Program-made: the position numbers and the translations under genes
Origin: an uncultured Clostridia bacterium
GTDB taxonomy: Bacteria > Bacillota > Clostridia > Oscillospirales > CAG-382
NCBI GenBank assembly: GCA_947630765.1
Contig: CANRIX010000002.1
Span: 103,387 to 167,386, forward strand
DNA: 64,000 bases
Direction of reading: 5' to 3'
Notes under the pieces: generated by a model
The model's database searches: none
Told to the model about the DNA's origin: nothing
The model's input: the letters and a program-made list of their open reading frames with translations, nothing else
Part shown: piece by piece, positions 53,422 through 62,797 of the stretch
Layout of the letters: every line of letters begins with the position of its first letter
How positions within the stretch are numbered: the stretch's first letter is position 1

Positions 53422-53859
53422 CTGAAAATTTCCACCAAAGGGCGCTATGCGCTGCGCATGTTGGCGGACCTCGCCGAGCACGGCGGAAGCGGGTACGTCG
53501 CGCTCAAGGACATCGCCGAACGGCAGCAAATCTCCAAAAAGTACCTCGAACAGATCGTCCCGCTGCTCAGCCGGAGCGGGATCCTTCGGACCAATCGGGG
53601 CTTTCAGGGGGGCTATCAGCTCGCCAGAACGCCGGACAGATGCACGGTCGGGGAGGTCCTGCGGCTGACCGAGGGCAGTCTTGCCCCGGTCGATTGCCTG
53701 CTGCGCGACCCCGTCGGTTGCGAGCGGAGCGCCGACTGCGCGACCCTGCCGGTCTGGCAGGGGCTTTATAAGGTCGTCAACGAATACCTCGACGGGATCA
53801 CCTTGCAGGATATCATCGACCAGAAGAACCGTCGCGGCGTCAACGACTACGTGATCTGA
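53422..53859 (+). CDS. Rrf2-family transcriptional regulator with three-Cys cluster motif; probable non-ATG (CTG) start
   Basis: The in-frame upstream extension (L)KISTKGRYALRMLADLA restores the conserved Rrf2 N-terminus. SD AGGGGAAAGGGG at 53401-53412. Cys motif CLLRDPVGCERSADC. Confidence 0.75.
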   Translation: MKISTKGRYALRMLADLAEHGGSGYVALKDIAERQQISKKYLEQIVPLLSRSGILRTNRGFQGGYQLARTPDRCTVGEVLRLTEGSLAPVDCLLRDPVGCERSADCATLPVWQGLYKVVNEYLDGITLQDIIDQKNRRGVNDYVI

Positions 53860-55012
53860 CGCGGACGAGCAGGGCGAACAGCACCGCGAGCAGCGCGAGG
53901 AAAACCAGCAGGTACGCCGGGAACAACCGCACCCCGATTTGCTCGGCAAGGATCCCGAACAGCGGGGGCATCGCGCAGATCCCTACGCTGCAGCTCGCCA
54001 TCTGCACGCCGATGACCGCCTGCGCGTCCTCTTCGCCGAACAGTTCCGGCACGGCGTGAACCATGCAGGGGTAGATCGGCGCACACCCGAGCCCGAGCAG
54101 CACCAGCCCGCCGAGGGTGCAGGCCGTTCCGAGCGGCAGCAGCACGGCGAGCAGTCCGCAAGCGGCGAGGGACAGCCCCAGCCGGACCATCTGCCTGTCG
54201 TCAAGCCGAAAGGTCAGAAACCCGCTCGCGAACCGTCCGACGGTAATGCCGAGGAAGAACAGCCCGGCGCACTTCGCCGCCGTATCCGCGGACATCCCGT
54301 CCTGCAGGACGAGGTAGCTGCTTCCCCAAAGCCCGGCCGTCTGCTCCAGCGCGCCGTAGCAGAGGAACGCGAGAAAGGCGTATTTCGCGCCCGGAATGCG
54401 GACGGTCTGCCGCAGGGTGTGCGTGCGGGGCTTTTCGGGTTTTCCGACCGCCGGGGCGGTCGGGTGCGCCTTTTTCCAGAGCGGCAGACTGCAAAGCAGA
54501 ACGGCGGTCAGCGCCATCTGGAAAAAGGAAATGTAGCGGTACCCCTGCGTCCACGAACCGCCGGCGGTCAGGACGAAGCCCATCACGGTCGGTCCCGCGA
54601 CCGCGCCGACGCCCCACAGCCCGTGCAGCCAGCTCATGTGGCGGCTCTTGTAGTGCAGCGCGACGTAATGGTTGAGCGCCGCGTCCACGCTGCCCGCGCC
54701 CAGCCCGTAGGGGATCGCCCAGAGGCAGAGCTGCCAATAGGCGCGGCTGACCGAAAAGCCGAAGAGCGCCGTCGCGGTCATGCCGACGCTGAGGGTGGTG
54801 AGCGGTCCGGTCCCCAGCCGGCGGGTGAGCCGTTCGCTGAGCAGGCTCGAACAGACGGTCCCGGCGGAGATGATGAGGGAAATCCCGCCCGCGTAGGAAA
54901 TCGGCACGCCGAAAGACGGGTAGATGCTCGGCCACGCCGAACCCAGTACGGAATCCGGCAGACCGAGGCTGACGAAGGAAAGATAGATGAAAACCAGTAA
55001 GAGGGAAGCCAT
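53840..55012 (-). CDS. MFS transporter
   Basis: 390 aa from ATG 55012 (MASLLLVFIYLSF) with about 12 TM. 20-nt convergent overlap with the Rrf2 gene. Confidence 0.8.
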   Translation of the reverse strand: MASLLLVFIYLSFVSLGLPDSVLGSAWPSIYPSFGVPISYAGGISLIISAGTVCSSLLSERLTRRLGTGPLTTLSVGMTATALFGFSVSRAYWQLCLWAIPYGLGAGSVDAALNHYVALHYKSRHMSWLHGLWGVGAVAGPTVMGFVLTAGGSWTQGYRYISFFQMALTAVLLCSLPLWKKAHPTAPAVGKPEKPRTHTLRQTVRIPGAKYAFLAFLCYGALEQTAGLWGSSYLVLQDGMSADTAAKCAGLFFLGITVGRFASGFLTFRLDDRQMVRLGLSLAACGLLAVLLPLGTACTLGGLVLLGLGCAPIYPCMVHAVPELFGEEDAQAVIGVQMASCSVGICAMPPLFGILAEQIGVRLFPAYLLVFLALLAVLFALLVRVRSRSR

Positions 55013-55054
55013 AGGTGCGCTCCTGTCGCGGTTTTTTAGAAAGGTTATAAAAAG

Positions 55055-55936
55055 ATGTCCGTTTGTATGCTCTGTCCGCGCCGATGCGGGGCGAACCGCG
55101 AAGTCCGTCCCGGGTACTGCGGCGCAGATGGAATTGTGCGGGTCGCCCGCGCCGCCCCGCACGCCTGGGAGGAACCGTTCCTTTCCGGCACGCGTGGGTC
55201 GGGAGCGGTTTTCTTTTCCGGGTGCCAGCTGAAGTGCGTCTACTGCCAGAATCGGGAAATTTCGCACGGCGGGGCGGGAAAACCGCTGACCGTGCGGCAG
55301 CTTGCCGACGTGTTCCTGTCCCTGCAGGCGAAGCGGGTGCATAACATCAACCTCGTCACGCCCGACCCGTACTTCCCGCAGGTCGCCGAAGCGCTGCGGA
55401 CGGCGAAAGCGGACGGGCTTCGTCTGCCGGTCGTCTGCAATTGCAGCGGCTACGAGACCGTGGAAATGCTGCGGTCAGTCGAGGGGTTGGTGGATATTTA
55501 CCTGCCCGATTTCAAGTATCTGTCCCCGCTGACGGCGAAAAAATATTCCGCCGCACCCGATTATCCCGCCGTCGCGAAGGCGGCGATCGCCGAAATGGTG
55601 CGACAGCAGCCGACCCTCCGCCGGAACCGGCAGGGGATTCTGCAAACCGGGGTTGTCGTGCGGCACCTGCTGCTGCCCGGACAGGTCTCGGACGCGAAAC
55701 GGGTGATTGCGTACCTGCATACGACCTACGGCGACCAAATCTGGCTGAGCATCATGCGCCAGTATACCCCGTTCCGCCCGGTCGCGTACCCCGAACTGGA
55801 CCGCACCGTGACGGAGGAGGAATACGACGAGCTCGTCGGGTTCGCGGTCAAGCTCGGCGTGCGGCACGCGTTCGTGCAGGAGGGATCCGCCGCGTCCGAG
55901 AGCTTCCTCCCGCCGTTCGACGGGGAAGGGGTTTGA
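55055..55936 (+). CDS. Radical SAM protein, PflA-like activating-enzyme family
   Basis: N-terminal CPRRCGANR...YCG motif and the radical-SAM CQLKCVYCQN motif. Confidence 0.8.
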   Translation: MSVCMLCPRRCGANREVRPGYCGADGIVRVARAAPHAWEEPFLSGTRGSGAVFFSGCQLKCVYCQNREISHGGAGKPLTVRQLADVFLSLQAKRVHNINLVTPDPYFPQVAEALRTAKADGLRLPVVCNCSGYETVEMLRSVEGLVDIYLPDFKYLSPLTAKKYSAAPDYPAVAKAAIAEMVRQQPTLRRNRQGILQTGVVVRHLLLPGQVSDAKRVIAYLHTTYGDQIWLSIMRQYTPFRPVAYPELDRTVTEEEYDELVGFAVKLGVRHAFVQEGSAASESFLPPFDGEGV

Positions 55937-55993
55937 CGAAAGGCAGAAGAAGCCGTTTGGCGGGCTTCAAAATTTTGAAAAAATATTTAGAAA

Positions 55994-56193
55994 TATAATC
56001 AAAATGTCGTCCCGTAGGCGGACATGTGCCGCCGGAGGGACTCCTTAAGAGAAAACGGCGAAGGCGGCGTCAGAAGTGGCGCAAGCCGAGCCGTTTTTCG
56101 ATGAAAAGGGGGAATGTTCGGGGGGAAAACACAGAGCAAGGCGGAGCGCACGAAGTGCGCGAAGTCGCCGCGATTGCGTTTGCCCCCCGAAAG
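55994..56193. repeat. Structured intergenic repeat, copy 3 of 3
   Basis: Same core. Left hairpin 56009-56041 (GTCCC GTA GGCGG ACATGTG CCGCC GGA GGGAC). Right hairpin 56120-56188. Ends 3 nt from the TAA stop of pepF. Confidence 0.85.
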
Positions 56194-56196
56194 TTC

Positions 56197-58002
56197 TTAC
56201 GGGTGCAGTTTTTCGTAAAGTGCACGGAACTGCTCGACGGTCGCCGCAAAATCAGCGATGGCGTCCTCGATGACTTCGGGCTTGGTCAGGTCGATGTCGG
56301 CGACGAGCAGGCTGTCGAGCGGACTGCGGGAACCGCCGCACTTGAGGAAGTCGAGGTACTTCTGCACATACGCGTCCCCTTGCGTTTCAATCTTCTTGAC
56401 GATGCTCGACGCGGCGGAGATGCAGGTCGCGTACTTGTACACATAGAAATTATAGTAGAAATGCGGGATCCGCATCCATTCGTAGGCGATCTGCTTGTCG
56501 CAGACGACGTCCTTGCCGAAGTAACGCTTGACGAGTTCGTAGTACCGTTTACTTAACAGGTCCTTCGTGAGCGTCTCACCGGCTTCGCACAGGGCGTGCA
56601 TTTCCTTCTCGAAGGAAGCGAACATGGTCTGCCGGTAGAGCGTTCCCTTGTAGGTCTCCATAAGCTGGTTGAGGATATACAGCTTTTCCTCGTCGCTGTC
56701 CGATTCGCGCAGCAGCTTGTGGAACAGGATCAGCTCGTTGACGGTCGAAGCGACCTCGGCGACGAAGATCGTGTACCGGGATTCCTGCGGCGTGTTCGCC
56801 TTGGCGGAATACCAGCTGTGCATCGAATGTCCCGCCTCGTGCGCGAGGGTGGAAACGTCGTCGAGCGTGTTGGTGTAGTTGAGCAGGATATACGGCTGCG
56901 TGTCGTAGGAGCCGGCGCTGTAGGCACCGCCGCGTTTGCCCTTGTTCGGGTAGACGTCCGCCCAGCCCTTGCTCTTCAGTCCGTCCGCGAGCGTGTCGCG
57001 GTACTCGCTTCCGTAGACCTTGACGGCGTCGAGCACGATCTCCACGGCTTCCTCATAACCGTATTTGCGGTCGCAGGAGGTGATCAGCGGGGTGTAGATG
57101 TCGTACAGGTGCAGGGCGGGCAGTCCGAGCGCACGCTTCTTGAGCGCGTAGTAGTCGAACAGCGGACGGAGGTTGCGCTCGACCGTGTCGATCAGGTTGT
57201 TGTAGATGACCGGCGTAACCTCGTCGTGGAAAACGGACGCTTCGAGGCTGTTGGAGAATTTGCGCACGCGGGCGACCGTCACGCGCTCCTTGACGAACCC
57301 GTTGAGCAGGGCGGCGAACGTGTTGCCGTAGCGATCGTACGTTTCGTAGAGCTTGGTGAACGCCGCACGGCGGACCCGGCGGTCGGTGCTCATCAGCAGC
57401 GGGACGTAGGTCGTGTCCGTCAGGCGAAGCTCCTTGCCGTCCTCGCCCTTGATCTTGCCGAACAGCAGGTCCGCGTTCGCAAAGACGCTGCGGATGTCGT
57501 CGTGCGAATTGAGCGCCCCCTGCAGGTTCGCCAGCAGCTTCTCGCATTCGTCGGAAAGCGTATGCGGGCGGTACCGGCGGGCGAGCGTGATGGCACGGCG
57601 GAATTCCTTGAGCTTCGGGTAGGATTCGTACCATTCGGTCAGCGTTTTCTCCTTCAGCTTCATCAGGCAGGGGTCGACGAAGAAGGCGGCGGCCGCGAGG
57701 TCCTCGTCCAGCCGCAGCACCTTTCCGCGCAGGGCGAGATAGGTATTATCCGACGTGTCCACGTCGGAATGCAGGCTCGCGTACTCGTACAGCTTGGAGA
57801 TCAGACGGCTGAGCCGCTCGGAATCGCAGAACATGTCGTACAGTCCCTCCGGGCTTTGGCACATGGTCTTTTGGTGCTTGGGGAAATCGGCAATCAGCTC
57901 CTTGGTACGGGCGAAGTCGGCGTCGAACGCCGCCATGTCCGCGTAGATCGCGGAAAGGTCCCATTTGTATTTTGCGGGAATATCCGCACGGTTATCGGTC
58001 AT
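56197..58002 (-). CDS. pepF: Oligoendopeptidase F (M3B family)
   Basis: 601 aa with the zinc motif HEAGHSMH. Confidence 0.9.
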   Translation of the reverse strand: MTDNRADIPAKYKWDLSAIYADMAAFDADFARTKELIADFPKHQKTMCQSPEGLYDMFCDSERLSRLISKLYEYASLHSDVDTSDNTYLALRGKVLRLDEDLAAAAFFVDPCLMKLKEKTLTEWYESYPKLKEFRRAITLARRYRPHTLSDECEKLLANLQGALNSHDDIRSVFANADLLFGKIKGEDGKELRLTDTTYVPLLMSTDRRVRRAAFTKLYETYDRYGNTFAALLNGFVKERVTVARVRKFSNSLEASVFHDEVTPVIYNNLIDTVERNLRPLFDYYALKKRALGLPALHLYDIYTPLITSCDRKYGYEEAVEIVLDAVKVYGSEYRDTLADGLKSKGWADVYPNKGKRGGAYSAGSYDTQPYILLNYTNTLDDVSTLAHEAGHSMHSWYSAKANTPQESRYTIFVAEVASTVNELILFHKLLRESDSDEEKLYILNQLMETYKGTLYRQTMFASFEKEMHALCEAGETLTKDLLSKRYYELVKRYFGKDVVCDKQIAYEWMRIPHFYYNFYVYKYATCISAASSIVKKIETQGDAYVQKYLDFLKCGGSRSPLDSLLVADIDLTKPEVIEDAIADFAATVEQFRALYEKLHP

Positions 58003-58023
58003 TTTCTATAAACTCCTTTCTTT

Positions 58024-58212
58024 TTACGCTTCGTCTTTGAACGGCAGCAGGAATGCTGCCGCGAAATAGGCAATCAGCCCGATCCCGCCGCAGAACGACG
58101 CGACCACGGTCGCGATCCGAACGATGTTGACGTCCACCCGCAGGTACTCCGCTACGCCGGCGCAGACGCCGCAAAGCATTTTCTTGTCCTCGCACTTGTA
58201 CAGCTTTTTCAT
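58024..58212 (-). CDS. PspC-domain membrane protein
   Basis: MKKLYKCEDKKMLCGVCAGVAEYLRVDVNIVRI... matches the PspC domain. ATG 58212 after GAAGGAGAA. Confidence 0.65.
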   Translation of the reverse strand: MKKLYKCEDKKMLCGVCAGVAEYLRVDVNIVRIATVVASFCGGIGLIAYFAAAFLLPFKDEA

Positions 58213-58276
58213 GCCAAACAGTTCTCCTTCTTTTATCTTCATTTGTTTTTTTACCATATGACGGGCGCCTCCGCCC

Positions 58277-60667
58277 CTATGCTTTCATTTCGAGGATCGT
58301 CACCCCGGTTTCGCCTTCGCCATACCGCCCCATACGGAAGGACGCGATGCGGCTGTCCCGGCGGAAGAACTGCCAAAGGGCGTTCCGCAGGGCGCCGGTG
58401 CCCTTGCCGTGGATCACGGTGACGGCGGTGTAGCCGGTCATGCGGACCTCGTCCAGCCAGCGGTCGATGACGAACCACGCGTCGTCGCCGGTCAGCCCCC
58501 GCACGTCGATCTCGTTCTTGACCGCCTCCGCCCGCTGGGTGTAGACGGCCCTTCCCGCCGGTTTCCCGCCGGATTTCCTGCCGTCCGGCTGTTCGGCGAG
58601 CAGGCGGACGTTCGCGAGCGGGGTCCTGGTCTCCGTCCGCCCGACGATGCAGGTGACGGTTTCGCCGGATACCCCCCTCACGGTCGCTTCGACGCCGATG
58701 TCCGCGAGCCGGATGCGGTCGCCCGCCTGTAACGGACGCGGCAGAACGTAATCCTCGTCCTCGTCCCGCCGTTCCTCGAGCTCGCCGACCTGCTCGCCCG
58801 CGTTCTTGAGCATACCGCGGACGGACTGCCGCGCCTGTTCGATGCGCTCGCTTTCGAGCTTCTTCGCTTCCTGCTTCTTCAGCGTTTCCAGCTCGGAAAA
58901 GACCTGCCGGCTGGCGTTTTTCGCCGCTTCGAGGATGCGGTTCGCCTGCTGCCGCGCACGGTCCAGCTCCGCGTCCGCCCGTTCGAGCAGTTCCTTGCTC
59001 TTTCGTTCGGTCTCCGCTTCGGCGTTTTCCGCCCGCTTCTTGGCTTCCGCGGCGGCGGTGCGCTCCTTTTCAAGGGTCTGTTCGCTTTCCTCCAGACGGG
59101 AAATGACCTCCTCAAAGCGGATATTGTCGTCCGCGAGCAGGGCGCGTGCCTGCCCGATGACGCTTTCCGGCAGCCCCAGCCGCGAGGAGATCGCGAACGC
59201 GTTCGACCGCCCGGGCAGACCGATAATGAGCCGGTACGTCGGACGCAGGGTGTCCACGTCGAATTCGCAGGAGGCGTTGAGCACCCCCGGCGTATCCAAC
59301 GCGTACAGCTTCAGCTCGGAATAATGCGTCGTCGCCGCCGTCATCGCGCCGAGCGAGCGCACGCGCTCCAGGATCGCGACGGCGAGCGCCGCCCCTTCGG
59401 TCGGGTCGGTCCCCGCGCCGAGTTCGTCGAACAGCACGAGGCAGTCCCGGTCGCACTGCTCGAGAATGGAAACGATGTTGACCATGTGCGCCGAGAAGGT
59501 CGAAAGCGACTGTTCGATGCTCTGCTCGTCCCCGATGTCGGCGAGCACCCCGGAAAAGACCGGCAGGGAAGTCCCGTCGTCGGCGGGGAGCAAGAACCCC
59601 GCTTGCGCCATGCAGGCAAACAGACCGAGCGTCTTGAGCGTGACGGTTTTCCCGCCGGTGTTCGGCCCGGTGACGATGAGCGTCTTTTCGGTCTCGCCGA
59701 AGGAAACCGAGATCGGCACGACGCGGTCCTGCGCGAGCAGCGGATGCCGTCCGCGGCGGATGGTCAGTCCGCCGGTGTCACACATCTTCGGCCGAATGCA
59801 CCGCAGGGTCGACGCGTAGGACGCGCGGGCGAAGATGACGTCGAGGTTGACGACGGTCTTGTAGTCCACGGTCAATTGGACGGACGCCTGCGCCACTTCC
59901 TCGGAGAGGGAACGCAGGATCTTTTCGATTTCGTCGTTTTCCTGCCCGTGCAGGTCGCGCAGGCGGTTGTTCGCCTCGACCACGCCCGCCGGTTCGATGA
60001 ACAGCGTCGCCCCGGAGGCGGAGGAATCGTGGACGATGCCCTTGACGGCGTTCTTGTCGGACGCCTTGACCGGCACGACGAACCGCCCGGACCGCTGGGT
60101 GACGATCGGCTCCTGCAGATGCTTCTGCAGGGGGCCGGACAGGATGCGGTTGAGCACCTCCCGCACGTCGTTTTCCGCTTTGCGAATGGAACGGCGGATG
60201 CGGTAGAGCTCGTCGGACGCGTCGTCGGCGACCTGGTCCTCGGCGGGGAGCGCCCGCTCCACCCGTTCGGCGAACGGACGGTTCTCCAGCAGGGCGGTGA
60301 AGTAGACGCGGACGGCGGGTCCCGCCTTTTCCCCGGCGTACTGCCGCAGGGCGCTTACCGTGCGGAACAGAGACGCGGCGGAGAGCAGCTCGGGGATGGT
60401 CAGGACGGCGCCCTTGCAGCTCCGTTCGACCGCGTTCGGAATGCAGGAGGAGACGGAAAGCGGCGGCGCACCCTTATAGGTCAGCAAGTCGAGCGCCTGC
60501 TCGGTTTCGTCCAGCAATCGCCCGACGACGACCGGGTCGGACGACGGGACGCACCGCGTCATCGCTTCCTTGCCCGCGTCGGTATAGGCGCAGGACGAAG
60601 CGGCGGCGAGGATCTTATCGAATTCGAGGACGGTTCGCCCCCGTTCAATACCTTTCAGTTCGGTCAT
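58277..60667 (-). CDS. mutS2: Endonuclease MutS2 (MutS domain + C-terminal Smr)
   Basis: Walker A GPNTGGKT and a C-terminal Smr domain (IDVRGL...VIHGKGTGALR). Confidence 0.95.
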   Translation of the reverse strand: MTELKGIERGRTVLEFDKILAAASSCAYTDAGKEAMTRCVPSSDPVVVGRLLDETEQALDLLTYKGAPPLSVSSCIPNAVERSCKGAVLTIPELLSAASLFRTVSALRQYAGEKAGPAVRVYFTALLENRPFAERVERALPAEDQVADDASDELYRIRRSIRKAENDVREVLNRILSGPLQKHLQEPIVTQRSGRFVVPVKASDKNAVKGIVHDSSASGATLFIEPAGVVEANNRLRDLHGQENDEIEKILRSLSEEVAQASVQLTVDYKTVVNLDVIFARASYASTLRCIRPKMCDTGGLTIRRGRHPLLAQDRVVPISVSFGETEKTLIVTGPNTGGKTVTLKTLGLFACMAQAGFLLPADDGTSLPVFSGVLADIGDEQSIEQSLSTFSAHMVNIVSILEQCDRDCLVLFDELGAGTDPTEGAALAVAILERVRSLGAMTAATTHYSELKLYALDTPGVLNASCEFDVDTLRPTYRLIIGLPGRSNAFAISSRLGLPESVIGQARALLADDNIRFEEVISRLEESEQTLEKERTAAAEAKKRAENAEAETERKSKELLERADAELDRARQQANRILEAAKNASRQVFSELETLKKQEAKKLESERIEQARQSVRGMLKNAGEQVGELEERRDEDEDYVLPRPLQAGDRIRLADIGVEATVRGVSGETVTCIVGRTETRTPLANVRLLAEQPDGRKSGGKPAGRAVYTQRAEAVKNEIDVRGLTGDDAWFVIDRWLDEVRMTGYTAVTVIHGKGTGALRNALWQFFRRDSRIASFRMGRYGEGETGVTILEMKA

Positions 60668-60684
60668 GGATCGACCGCCTTTCT

Positions 60685-61440
60685 TTACAGGTTTTGCTTG
60701 AGGAATTCCAGCGTGTTGAGTTTGCGCTCGGTCCGCAGGAGCAGGTACGCCTCCGTCAGGGCGGAAAGCTCCCGCAGCGCGTGGTCCTCCAGACGGAACA
60801 GGAAGATCTTGTTGACCGGGGCGGAAAGAATGTGCAGCATCGCCTGCAGGCAGGGACGCGAAACCGGCGCACGGCGGGTGTACCCCTCGGCGGGATTTTC
60901 GCAGGTCCTGCAGAAGATGTAGCCGTCGGTCAGTTCAAAGACGCTTTCCTGCATTTCCGAAAGCGGTTTCCCGCAGATCGGACAGCCGGAAAGGTCTGGC
61001 AGGTACCCGATCAGGGCGGCGAGCCGGAATTCGAAAGCGCTCTTGACGACCAGCGGGGGCGCGATGCGCTTCTCCGTCGCGTACAGCGCGTTGAGCAGCA
61101 GCCGGAGGATCTCCGCGCCCTCCTCCCCGCCGACCGACGAAACGGCGGCAAGCTCGCACAGGTAGCAGCCGAGCGCATAGGCGGTCACGTCCGAGCGCAG
61201 GTCGTAGAAATCCTCCTTCAAGGCGGATTCCTGCAGGGAATACAGGCCGTCCTTCTCGTTGAGCAGGAGGTCCGAATAGGCGAACAGCTGCGCCGAGCGC
61301 AGATTGGACGCCGACAGCTTCTTGACGCCGTAGGCGCGGACGTTCAGCACGCCCTCCTCCCCGGTCAGGATTTTCAATTGTTTATCGTTCTCGTTTCGGT
61401 CGCTCTCCGCGACGACGATGCCGGTGATCTTGTGCTTCAT
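60685..61440 (-). CDS. recO: DNA repair protein RecO
   Basis: 251 aa from ATG 61440 (ATGA overlap with era). OB-fold N-terminus and zinc motif CPICG...CRTC. Confidence 0.85.
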   Translation of the reverse strand: MKHKITGIVVAESDRNENDKQLKILTGEEGVLNVRAYGVKKLSASNLRSAQLFAYSDLLLNEKDGLYSLQESALKEDFYDLRSDVTAYALGCYLCELAAVSSVGGEEGAEILRLLLNALYATEKRIAPPLVVKSAFEFRLAALIGYLPDLSGCPICGKPLSEMQESVFELTDGYIFCRTCENPAEGYTRRAPVSRPCLQAMLHILSAPVNKIFLFRLEDHALRELSALTEAYLLLRTERKLNTLEFLKQNL

Positions 61441-62330
61441 GACCCGCCGTCCTCCCGGTAGCCGAAATCCGAAAGCAGCGCGGGGCGGTCGCGCCAGTTC
61501 TCCTTGACTTTGACCCACAGGTCGAGGTAGACCCGCACGCCGAACAGCTTTTCCGCGTCCTCGCGGGCGTAGGTGCCGATCTTGCGAAGCATTTCGCCGT
61601 TTTTGCCGATGATGATGCGCTTGTGCGCGGCACGTTCGCAATAGATTTCCGCCCGGACGCTCAGTACGCCCTTTTTCTCCTTATATTCCTCGACGGAAAC
61701 GGCGACGCCGTGCGGCACCTCCTCGTCGAGCAGGCGAAGCGCCTTTTCGCGGATGATCTCGGCGAAGATGCGCCGTTCCGGCTGGTCGGTGATCTCGTCG
61801 TCCGGGAAGAAATGCACGCTTTCTACGAGGAACGGCTCGAGCTCCTGAAAGAGCGCGTCCACGCCGTCGCCGGTCAGCGCGGAAAGCGGGATGAGCGCGT
61901 CGAACCGATACGCCTTGGAAAGCGACGCGATCTGCTCAGCGAGCTTGACCTTGTTCGCCTGGTCCACCTTGTTGAGCACCAGCAGCAGCGGCGAACCCGA
62001 AGCGGAATGCTTTTCGAGGGCGGCCTTTTCCGTCGCGGAAAGCTCGCTGCAGGCCTCGATGAGGAAGAGGATGACGTCCGAATCCGCGGAAGCGGCGCCG
62101 ACCTGCTTCATCATGTACTCCCCGAGCAGGGTGCGCGGGCGGTGCAGCCCCGGCGTGTCGATGAACACGTACTGGTCCTCGCCCTTCGTCAGGATCCCGG
62201 TGATGCGGCTTCGCGTGGTCTGCGGCTTGCGCGAAACGATGGCGACCTTCTCGCCGAGCAGGGTGTTGAGCAGGGTGGACTTGCCGACGTTCGGTCGTCC
62301 GGTAATGGTGATGAATGCGGTTCTTGTCAT
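61437..62330 (-). CDS. era: GTPase Era
   Basis: GRPNVGKSTLLN, DTPG and NKVD motifs, plus a C-terminal KH domain. ATG 62330 preferred, with TTG 62351 as the alternative. Confidence 0.9.
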   Translation of the reverse strand: MTRTAFITITGRPNVGKSTLLNTLLGEKVAIVSRKPQTTRSRITGILTKGEDQYVFIDTPGLHRPRTLLGEYMMKQVGAASADSDVILFLIEACSELSATEKAALEKHSASGSPLLLVLNKVDQANKVKLAEQIASLSKAYRFDALIPLSALTGDGVDALFQELEPFLVESVHFFPDDEITDQPERRIFAEIIREKALRLLDEEVPHGVAVSVEEYKEKKGVLSVRAEIYCERAAHKRIIIGKNGEMLRKIGTYAREDAEKLFGVRVYLDLWVKVKENWRDRPALLSDFGYREDGGS

Positions 62331-62347
62331 GGATGTACGTCCTTTTT

Positions 62348-62797
62348 TCAACGTGTGATGCCGAGCGCGTCGAGCGTTTCCCGCTGCAGGCGCTCCATTT
62401 CCTCCCGCTCCGGCTCAGTCTCGTGGTCGTATCCGAGCAGGTGCAGGGCGGCGTGCGCCGAAAGGAAGCAGAGCTCCCGCTTGAGCGAATGCCCGTATTC
62501 CTCCGCATGCCGACGGGCGGTTTCGGCGGATATGACGATGTTCCCGAGCGACACCCACACCTGCGGCATGGAAAACTCCAGCATCGGGAAGGAAAGCACG
62601 TCGGTCGCACGGTCGACGCCCCGGTATTCCCGGTTGAGCGTGCGGATCTCCGCGTCGCCGCAGACGGTCAGCTCGATCTCGAATCGGTGCGACGGATAGC
62701 GTGCCTGTACGCAGGTGCGGATGACGCGCTTCATGAGCGTCAGAACCGTTTTCGGTACCGGGTACGCGGGGTCCTGCTCGATGTAGAACTTGATCAT
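62348..62797 (-). CDS. ybeY: rRNA maturation endoribonuclease YbeY
   Basis: HAALHLLGYDH zinc motif. Confidence 0.9.
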   Translation of the reverse strand: MIKFYIEQDPAYPVPKTVLTLMKRVIRTCVQARYPSHRFEIELTVCGDAEIRTLNREYRGVDRATDVLSFPMLEFSMPQVWVSLGNIVISAETARRHAEEYGHSLKRELCFLSAHAALHLLGYDHETEPEREEMERLQRETLDALGITR

